DNA of 20,000 nt. Source: Proteromonas lacertae. Lineage: Eukaryota. The notes beneath the pieces are model-generated. The model was not told the origin of the DNA, searched no databases, and saw only the letters and a program-made list of their open reading frames with translations. Below are positions 9,429 through 17,161 of the stretch, in pieces (positions within the stretch are counted from its first letter, which is position 1; each line of letters opens with the position of its first letter). The stretch covers positions 109,562 through 129,561 of the forward strand of contig NGBS01000599.1 of the NCBI GenBank assembly GCA_002245135.1, written 5' to 3'. The translations under genes and the position numbers were made by a program.

Positions 9429-11359
9429 TTATTTAAAAACTACACTTACAATACCACTTCCATTAATAGTGACCCTACGTCCAGTGATGATATAGAAACG
9501 ATGAGATATATCATTATTAGTAAAGTCATTTTTACCAGGTGTTGAAAATTCAAAGGTTATTTTCAAATCAGTAGCCAAAGGTCTACCTGCCTGGTTCTTA
9601 ATGTTGTCCAAATCCTTAGAGCCAAAATTCAATATCTCAAAGAACTTGTCATTGAATTTTTCATCTTTTCTGAATATATCATACCATGAGTCTTGGAAAT
9701 ATTCACGGACAGTCATGAAGCTATCATAATATTGCATAAGTGTATAATCTGGCTGATATACAAAATCATTGATCATCCATCTGAACTGTGCATTTTCAGG
9801 TATATGTGCATATCTTTCTAGAGCTTCTATCCATGGCCTATAGATAATGTAACGAACAAATGGCCCATTGGAACTATTCAATGTGAATGAATAATTGAAT
9901 ATGCCAGAACCATGTGATGGTATTTTAATTTGATGACATCTGAAATCATTGAATTGAATAGGTTTTGATAAGCAGTATTGTTTGGTATTATTGTTGCATT
10001 GAGTATCCTTGTTGATATAGGCATAGAATTTGAAATTCTTGAATATTGCTTCATTTATATCAACTTTTGCATGTGACACTGTATAGTTTACAATATCTTT
10101 TGTTTGATCATTTTTCATTCTTGCATATTCACCTGGTGTATATGATTTTAATAAACCATAATTACTTGTGGTTTGAAAACGAATGCATATATACATTCTC
10201 TCTCCAAAGAATACATCACTCTTTAATGCAGCAAATGTATTGTAAAATTTACCTAATTGTAATTTGAAATGTAATATAACTGAATCTTTATACTGAACTG
10301 CATATGCTGTTGCTGAAGATGCACTAGTATTAGTTTTTAATTCAACATATTGTGTATTTGGTTCTACTTTCCACTTATTGATATCTTGGACTTTATAATT
10401 ATGATTATCATCATCTCAATCTAATTGTATTCCATCATAGTAATTTTCTTGATAAAAAATATCAGATCTCTTTCTAACTAATTCATCCATAAATACACGA
10501 TATGGTTCATATGAATCATCAAGCTTGACCAGATCTGTTCCAGTCTGATTACAAATTCTAAAAGAGGCCAAGCCAAACCCTTCTTTAATTCCTTTTATCA
10601 TACTCGGATATAAACCTTTACCGACTAAATTACCAGTACTACCATCGGTTGCATAGGTACCATCAGGATAAGGATTTAATTTTACTTCGATATCGAATTG
10701 GATATACGACTTAGCTAAATTGATAATATTATCTCCACTTATCTCCCATCTAATCTCTTCTGAATAAGTATTTGTATCCAACTTGTATTCTGATGTTGAT
10801 CCCATCGGAGACATGTTGTTCCCCGTTGAGTACAACTCCCCGTTGAGCGATTAGAGACTTTAGAAACAAACTAAATGCATATTCTTACTTATTATGATGA
10901 AAAATTGTTACTTTTATACTTACTTTGTCATATAACCTATGTCTGCAATATACTTTTTTGATAATTTTAGTATTGTATATATGAAACGCATTTATTTTTA
11001 TTTTTCGTTTTAGTGTTTCATTCACTACTACAGACTAAAATACATTAACTAGTTATGCAACGTGGATGAATTATCTAAGTTAATGTATTTTAGTCTGTAG
11101 TAGTGAATGAAACACTAAAACGAAAAATAAAAATAAATGCGTTTCATATATACAATACTAAAATTATCAAAAAAGTATATTGCAGACATAGGTTATATGA
11201 CAAAGTAAGTATAAAAGTAACAATTTTTCATCATAATAAGTAAGAATATGCATTTAGTTTGTTTCTAAAGTCTCTAATCGCTCAACGGGGAGTTGTACTC
11301 AACGGGGAACAACAAGACAATCTCACATAATTATAGAAGGGTAGCATCACAAGGACATC
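9429..11359 (-). pseudogene. Putative double-jelly-roll major capsid protein (~470 aa), broken by one in-frame TGA and an inserted palindromic element
   Basis: ORFs 10416..10835 and 9429..10196 share a frame; the gap between them is open except for TGA at 10416-10418. Removing 10814-11319 gives DVLVMLPFYNYVRLSPMGSTSEYK..IRWEISGDNIINLAKSYIQFDIEV, which resembles Polinton/PLV MCP N-termini. C-terminus ends in beta-strand-like RVTINGSGIVSV. Adjacent to the packaging ATPase. The fold is inferred, not shown. Confidence 0.7.
10814..11314. mobile_element. 501-bp palindromic non-autonomous element (MITE/fold-back), TGT..ACA ends, 5-bp TSD AGACA
   Basis: Arms 10814-11050 and 11078-11314 (237 bp each) are reverse complements with no mismatch seen; 27-bp spacer; AGACA at 10809-10813 and 11315-11319. 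Confidence 0.95.
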
Positions 11360-11485
11360 TGTTGTTCCCCGTTGAGTACAACTCCCTGTTGAGCGATTAG
11401 AAACTTTAGAAACAAACTAATTACATAATGTTATTACTCATAATGAGTTATGAAGGGATATAATGTTACCTTGTCATATAAGCTA
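11360..11485 (+). mobile_element. Left terminus (TIR) of a related TGT-ended element; no partner end inside the window
   Basis: First 61 bp are 59/61 identical to the palindrome arm. A further block TTACCTTGTCATATAAGCTA sits at the same offset (+106) as in the palindrome. Preceded by ACATC (predicted TSD). Confidence 0.85.
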
Positions 11486-11640
11486 CTTTTGTGAGTAAAA
11501 AAATAGTGTCATAATATTGAGAAAAAAACTACATAAATGAGTGTTAGAATTAATTTATATTTCATATTTTATGTTTTTATTTTAATATGATGTCTAAATA
11601 AAAAGTGACAAAATTTAAGGATTTAAGAATTATACCCCTT

Positions 11641-11650
11641 CTGACGTCAG
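11641..11650. promoter_or_regulatory. CRE/ATF-like palindrome CTGACGTCAG
   Basis: Perfect 10-bp palindrome with a TGACGTCA core in the AT-rich non-coding region upstream of the + strand gene block. Confidence 0.35.
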
Positions 11651-12006
11651 TGTTTTCACACAAACTTTCTCAAACTACATTCATTTCATTTTTTTGATTT
11701 TAAAACTATTAAAATAGTTTATATTATTGTAATTTAAATAATATATATGTATAACCGTAAGAATATCACTGTAGGTGGGTAAACCGTACCAGACTATTCT
11801 TAGGTGCCTTCTACAGGTAAGAATAAGCGATTTGAGTGTAAATTAGTTTTTGGTACGGGTTATACTGGAGGAAGCGGTGAATTTAAATTTCTTTATATAT
11901 TTTAGTGTATGAGTAATTTTATGGGTTAAAATTTTTTCTTTTGTTTTTTGTATATAATTTCATTAACTTTTTCTTATTGTTATTTATCAATCATAATTTC
12001 AAAAGA

Positions 12007-12360
12007 ATGTCAAGAATTTGGATCGAGAATGTTAATATAGAAGATAGAAATAAGCGTGAAGATGAAGAATTTGAAAGAATCTATGCAATCATTGAAAGTG
12101 AAGTAGCTAGAATAGTAGCTCAACCACCACCACCATCACCTCCAGTAGTAATGTGGTATACTTCTGATACAGCTGATGAGGATGATAGAAAGTATGAAGA
12201 ATGGCGTGCAATTCATAAACCAACCAGAGTAGCACAAGCAACCATACGTCCTAGAAAATGGGTTGATCCTGAAGAAGAGAGTAGAAAAACAAAGATGTTA
12301 AAGCGTTATGGTATTGATGAAAAAAACATCATTGAAGAAAGACTAAGATTTCATAACTAA
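12007..12360 (+). CDS. Hypothetical protein (charged, with a proline-rich linker)
   Basis: ORF track start at 11941 is a TTG; the first ATG is 12007 (MSRIWIENV..). Coding-like composition. Confidence 0.6.
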   Translation: MSRIWIENVNIEDRNKREDEEFERIYAIIESEVARIVAQPPPPSPPVVMWYTSDTADEDDRKYEEWRAIHKPTRVAQATIRPRKWVDPEEESRKTKMLKRYGIDEKNIIEERLRFHN

Positions 12361-12488
12361 TTCTTAAATCATTGGTTTTAATTGAATTTTTGTTATTTGA
12401 TTGGCTGAATTGAAATAAACATAATATTACATAATTCTTTTCATTCATAAATTTCTTGCGATTTTTGAAATAATTTACATAAATTAAA

Positions 12489-13073
12489 ATGAGTGATATA
12501 CAAAACGAATTGGATGTTAATATTGAAAAACACTTACAAGAAGGTGAAATGTATGAGAATGATATGTCTGAAGTAAAATCATTAATTATTAAAGTATTTA
12601 AGGATATGTTGGATGGTATGTATTCTGTAGTTGAAGAGTATGAAGATGATCCAGAATGGAGTGAACAACCAGGTGATGATATTGATATAACAATGGAAGA
12701 AGAAGAAGTGAAGGAAGAAAAACAAAGTGAATCTAAATCTAAAAAAAGAAAGGATATAACAAAGTCAGATCCAAATTCACAGATATGTAGTACTTGTGGT
12801 AAGAAGAAAGCTAATGATGAATTTGGTTATAAGAGTGAAGGTGTATTCTATAAATCTTGTACAGAGTGTAGAAATAAGAAGAAGAGAAGATATGCAGAAG
12901 TAAAGAAAGGAAGTGATAATAGTGGAGAAGATAAGAAGCGTAAAGTAGAGAGTAGTTCTACCGCCGAGGGTCGACTAAAGGTAGATATTGCTAAAGTAGA
13001 AACACCTACAAGTTCTATCCCGGGGGTAGCTACAGTAGATCTAACTACATCACCTACTTGTATAATTAATTAA
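12489..13073 (+). CDS. Hypothetical protein with a C4 zinc finger and basic NLS-like tracts
   Basis: CSTCGKKKANDEFGYKSEGVFYKSCTECR (CxxC..CxxC); acidic N-terminus; KKRK and KKKRR tracts. Confidence 0.7.
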   Translation: MSDIQNELDVNIEKHLQEGEMYENDMSEVKSLIIKVFKDMLDGMYSVVEEYEDDPEWSEQPGDDIDITMEEEEVKEEKQSESKSKKRKDITKSDPNSQICSTCGKKKANDEFGYKSEGVFYKSCTECRNKKKRRYAEVKKGSDNSGEDKKRKVESSSTAEGRLKVDIAKVETPTSSIPGVATVDLTTSPTCIIN

Positions 13074-13137
13074 CTTTTGGTTTAAAATTCATTTTTATAT
13101 TTCTATGCGTTTTTATATATAAATAATTTCACATAAT

Positions 13138-13521
13138 ATGCCATATAATACATCTTTAGTTATGTTAGGTGATATGAATGATACATTAACAAGTCTAAAG
13201 CAAGAAGGTCTTATATTTTTTGTATGTATGTTATTATGGATTCTTTATAAAGTTAAAAAGATTGTAGTATGGTTATATCATAGATATTGTCCAGCAGAAA
13301 TCACTGAGATATTAAATGAACCAGAACCTGTAATAAATAGAGCTTTAGGTAAATCTACTATTGTTTCTGCTATTCCATTTACTTTAACACCTGAAAATAG
13401 TAGAATAAATTCTAGAAATGTTAGTGATAATGAAGATGAAGAACCATTAGAAACAGAAATAGAAATTATTCCTATTAATAAACCTGAGATTGAAATTCAA
13501 AAACCAATCATAAATATTTAA
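13138..13521 (+). CDS. Small predicted membrane protein
   Basis: Hydrophobic segment GLIFFVCMLLWILY followed by basic KVKK and a disordered tail. Confidence 0.6.
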   Translation: MPYNTSLVMLGDMNDTLTSLKQEGLIFFVCMLLWILYKVKKIVVWLYHRYCPAEITEILNEPEPVINRALGKSTIVSAIPFTLTPENSRINSRNVSDNEDEEPLETEIEIIPINKPEIEIQKPIINI

Positions 13522-13700
13522 TTTTATATAGTCTTTTTTCGTATTTGATTTTTGAAAGTTATTTTTTGTACCCCCTTAAAAAAATTACATAAAGAAAAAC
13601 CGTTTTTTTCATTCACACTTTTCTTACTCATTTTCAGTATTTTATTTTTTTCATTTTTTTACTTTAATAGAAAATTAATTATTCAATCATTCAATCAAAA

Positions 13701-14870
13701 ATGCCAGCAGACAGAGTCAAACAACCAACCAATTCAGAATTATGCTCTCAGCTCCCTTTAAAGGGACAGGCTTATGAGTTCTATCAGAAAGTGAGTCGTA
13801 ACATCCAGCATTTAAAGACATTTTGCGATGAAATGTATATTCAAAGTTTGGCTTATGATGACAGCAAAAAATCAAAGAAGAAACAAAATCCACCACAATT
13901 CAACTATATCGAATTAGAGAAGTCAGCTACAGCAGTTTATTATTGCTTTTCATGTAAGTTTGATAATAAGAAGTTAATTCCCATTAAACATCTAGAGACA
14001 TTAGATCAAAATGAGTATATGAATTTATACTTTAGTGACGATGAGATGAAGAGTATAGTAAAACCAAATGTAAAACCGATTAAACCTTTTATTCAACCTC
14101 AGTTAAAACAACAACCACAACAAGAACCACCACCACCAACTGTACCTCAAAAACCTAAAAGAGTTTATAAAAGAAGAACTGATATTGTAAAGAAACCTAA
14201 AACAAAAGCAGTTATTGATAGTGATGATGAATTAATTCATTTAAAGAAAAGAAAGATTGTTAAGGATTCTGATTTTGTTGATGAAGAACCAATGGGTATA
14301 ATTGTGAAAGATAATGAATCAAGAACATCTGCTGATGATTTATTAAGTAGTCAAAGTCCTACCTTTACACCTCCAATGTCACCAAGGTCTGATACTACAC
14401 TTCTTGATGTTACTGATATTGATATACTGGATGCTGAATTGAAGTATTTTAATGCTGAATTAACTAAAAAAGATGAAGAAAAACAAAAAGAGATAGAAGA
14501 GAAAATTAAACATCAAGATGATGAGAGAAAGAAACAAGAAGATGAAGAAAAAAAGAAAAAACAACAAGAAGAAGAAAGAGTTAGAAAAGTACAAGAAGAA
14601 GCAGAGAGAAAAAGAAAACAAGAAGAAGCAGAAAAGAAAAGAAAAGAAGAATTAGTTGTTATTAGAATGCTTCAAGAAGAAGAGAATATGAGACAACAAG
14701 AAGAGTTAAGAAAGAAATGGGTATTAGAACAAAAGAGACAAATGGAAGAAAAGATGAAAAAAGAAAACGATGAATTAGAAAAGAAAATGGAAGAAGAGTT
14801 TAAGAAGAGAATTGAAGAAGAGAAAAGAAAGAAAGCTGAAGAGTTTGAGAAGATGATGAAGAACTTATAA
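13701..14870 (+). CDS. Hypothetical protein with P/Q-rich linker and long E/K/R charged helix (coiled-coil/SAH-like)
   Basis: 389-aa ORF; globular N-terminal ~120 aa; C-terminal EEEKKKKQQEEE-type repeats. Confidence 0.7.
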   Translation: MPADRVKQPTNSELCSQLPLKGQAYEFYQKVSRNIQHLKTFCDEMYIQSLAYDDSKKSKKKQNPPQFNYIELEKSATAVYYCFSCKFDNKKLIPIKHLETLDQNEYMNLYFSDDEMKSIVKPNVKPIKPFIQPQLKQQPQQEPPPPTVPQKPKRVYKRRTDIVKKPKTKAVIDSDDELIHLKKRKIVKDSDFVDEEPMGIIVKDNESRTSADDLLSSQSPTFTPPMSPRSDTTLLDVTDIDILDAELKYFNAELTKKDEEKQKEIEEKIKHQDDERKKQEDEEKKKKQQEEERVRKVQEEAERKRKQEEAEKKRKEELVVIRMLQEEENMRQQEELRKKWVLEQKRQMEEKMKKENDELEKKMEEEFKKRIEEEKRKKAEEFEKMMKNL

Positions 14871-15007
14871 GTATTAATATATACTTTAAATTTGTCTGGT
14901 TTATGCTTTAATCCATATACTTGAAAAAGCACTTTGAATTCATTACTTTGATAAAAATTGGTGTTTGTTTAATATGTAAAAAATAACATAAATAAAAGCA
15001 TAAAAAA

Positions 15008-16168
15008 TTATACGAAATCATTAAATAGCGAATTTTTCTTATATACTCTACCATATCTACTTTTTCTACCTTCTGGTACTGGTTGAATATCTGGTTCTAT
15101 AGGTTGTGCTTCATTATTTATACTATGAATTTGTCTTAATCTAAACTTACCATTTGTTGTAATACTATTAACTGGTACTCTTTTAATTTCATGAGATTTG
15201 AATCTATATGAGCCTATATCTCTAGGATTGAATTCTTTAGGTATTGTTCCATCCAAGTTCTTAACAGAATATGAAAACGGTCCAACTTTGTGTATTTGGT
15301 ATACTTTATCAGTATAATAAGTAGTTTTTTGAAGTTTGTTATCTCTACGTTCTTTTATTCTGACAAAATCATTTGGTTTAAAATGAGTATCACTTTTACG
15401 CTTCTTTAAGTTTCTAGCATGGGATTCTTTATACAATCTATCTTGGACTTCAAAATTATTGAATACTTCATTTGGAGTTAGATTATTGAGTGCAGAATGT
15501 GGTTTTGCATTGTAATCATCTACAACAGTATATACTATATTACACAATGATTCAATATTGTTAATTTTATCAAATTCTTCATCAGAAAATGTATTAATTT
15601 TTCTATAAAACATATCTTTAATAGTTCTCACACATTGATCCAATATTTTCATTATATTATGTTCATTACGTTCTTTAAGTATAAATCGTATATGATTTTT
15701 ATTAAACAAATCTAAAAATTTCTTACCATAGATAATACCAGACTCTTCATCTGACAATATACTTCCTACAAAACGAGCGTTTTCATCCTTAGGTTGCATA
15801 CCCTGATAAAACCATTTTTCAAACACTGGATATACATCATTTTCTGATTTAGATTTAACATAATATATCCAACACTTACGACTAACAACTTCTATAATTA
15901 ACAAAAATGGAACTTTTGTATTGTTGAAAAACACCAAATCTATTTGATATGACCCAGGTAACTTTTCAATTTCATATTTAATTCTATTCCTTTTAGTTGC
16001 AGTGATTTGATAATCTGGTTTAGACTCTACAAGTTCACTACTAGCTTTTTTAATGTCAGATTTTTTAAAGTTATTCTCAAGTTCATTTACAGAGAAATTA
16101 ATAAAGTCTCGTTTGTTTAAATAACCATATGTTTTGTATAACTCATTTATTTTATCTTGTAGTGACAT
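15008..16168 (-). CDS. Retroviral-like (rve) integrase of Polinton/Maverick type
   Basis: YQIDLVF (D1), LLIIEVVSRKCW, ILSDEESG (D2), KILDQCVRTIK (third acidic residue is D, in place of ERFNRTLK), YNAKPHSAL..TPNE, FKPNDFVRI C-terminal domain, tail RKSRYGRV. Uninterrupted 386 aa. Confidence 0.9.
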   Translation of the reverse strand: MSLQDKINELYKTYGYLNKRDFINFSVNELENNFKKSDIKKASSELVESKPDYQITATKRNRIKYEIEKLPGSYQIDLVFFNNTKVPFLLIIEVVSRKCWIYYVKSKSENDVYPVFEKWFYQGMQPKDENARFVGSILSDEESGIIYGKKFLDLFNKNHIRFILKERNEHNIMKILDQCVRTIKDMFYRKINTFSDEEFDKINNIESLCNIVYTVVDDYNAKPHSALNNLTPNEVFNNFEVQDRLYKESHARNLKKRKSDTHFKPNDFVRIKERRDNKLQKTTYYTDKVYQIHKVGPFSYSVKNLDGTIPKEFNPRDIGSYRFKSHEIKRVPVNSITTNGKFRLRQIHSINNEAQPIEPDIQPVPEGRKSRYGRVYKKNSLFNDFV

Positions 16169-16234
16169 TCAAAACAATATATAAAAAATATGAATGATAT
16201 ATATTTAAAGAATTAATGAATTAAAATAATTAAA

Positions 16235-17002
16235 TCATTCTTCTACCTCTCCCAAATCCTTATCACTTAAAGTGTTACCAAAGTTAATAGACTTAGCAGC
16301 ACTAATAAAACCATTACTAATTACTTTCTTAGCAGGGAATGGTCTACGAGTACTAATTAAATCACTATCTTCTATCTTAGTTCTCTTAATTCTTGGAGGT
16401 GAAACAAATTTGTTTTGATTAGCTTGTTCTTTCTTAATTTTCTTCTCATTACTTCTTCTAATAGTTGTAGCTAAATCAGGGTTTTCATCATAACCAACAA
16501 TATCACTACAAACTCTATGATTAACAAAGTTTTGAGTACCATTACTCTTAATAGAGATTTGATTATCAACAATACTTACAGCAATTTTGCTACCAACATC
16601 AACATCAGATGGAACTCTATAGTTACTATTATCCCATATCATAATAGAATTGAAATTGTGGAAGTATTTAATACCATGTTGAGGTTCTCTACATCCTACA
16701 CTAATCAAATATCCACGAATGATTTTTTCTATAAAGTCATTCTCGTTTCTATCATAAATTTGTTTTAATACATATTTCACTTCATCAGCTGAATATGTTT
16801 CAAAATCTCTTCCATTATTAATTACAACTTTATGATCCAAATCATGAACAAAAGTAATCAATACATATTGACTAGTTTTAGTAGGCTTAACTGTAATACT
16901 CTCAACAGTTCCTTTAATAATCCACTTGTTACATAACTTTGGATTCTTGTAGTAATCAGTGAATTCTACATCAGTAGCTTCATAGGGTGTTTCGTTACTC
17001 AT
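16235..17002 (-). CDS. Hypothetical protein, possible OB-fold ssDNA-binding protein
   Basis: IIKGTVESITVKPTKTSQYVLITF and IMIWD..VDVGSKIAVSI resemble OB-fold strands; divergent from pPolB. Function is inferred. Confidence 0.5.
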   Translation of the reverse strand: MSNETPYEATDVEFTDYYKNPKLCNKWIIKGTVESITVKPTKTSQYVLITFVHDLDHKVVINNGRDFETYSADEVKYVLKQIYDRNENDFIEKIIRGYLISVGCREPQHGIKYFHNFNSIMIWDNSNYRVPSDVDVGSKIAVSIVDNQISIKSNGTQNFVNHRVCSDIVGYDENPDLATTIRRSNEKKIKKEQANQNKFVSPPRIKRTKIEDSDLISTRRPFPAKKVISNGFISAAKSINFGNTLSDKDLGEVEE

Positions 17003-17086
17003 TTTATATAAGGGAGAGATGAAAATAAAAAATGACTAAAAATGTCAAGAAAAATGAAAATGAAAATTTCTTTTTATTTTTAAAGT

Positions 17087-17116
17087 CGACCAATCAAATC
17101 ATCCGACCAATCAAAT
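17087..17116 (+). promoter_or_regulatory. Tandem CCAAT-box direct repeat in a divergent promoter
   Basis: CGACCAATCAAAT at 17087-17099 and 17104-17116, between the ATGs at 17002 (-) and 17162 (+). Confidence 0.55.
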
Positions 17117-17161
17117 TTCATATTTCCATTTTTTATTTATTTCGCAAATTCTGTCTATATA

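Noticed and set aside
6664..10418. In-frame TGA at plausible Trp positions in the transposase (DETH*) and the MCP (LD*DDD), suggesting TGA=Trp recoding
   Set aside because: Trp is otherwise encoded by TGG, TGA ends ORF 16235..17002 normally, and both genes have other lesions; simple nonsense mutations are more likely.
10814..10835. ORF-track N-terminus MYSTGNN of ORF 10416..10835
   Set aside because: It derives from the inserted palindrome's TIR, not from the capsid gene.
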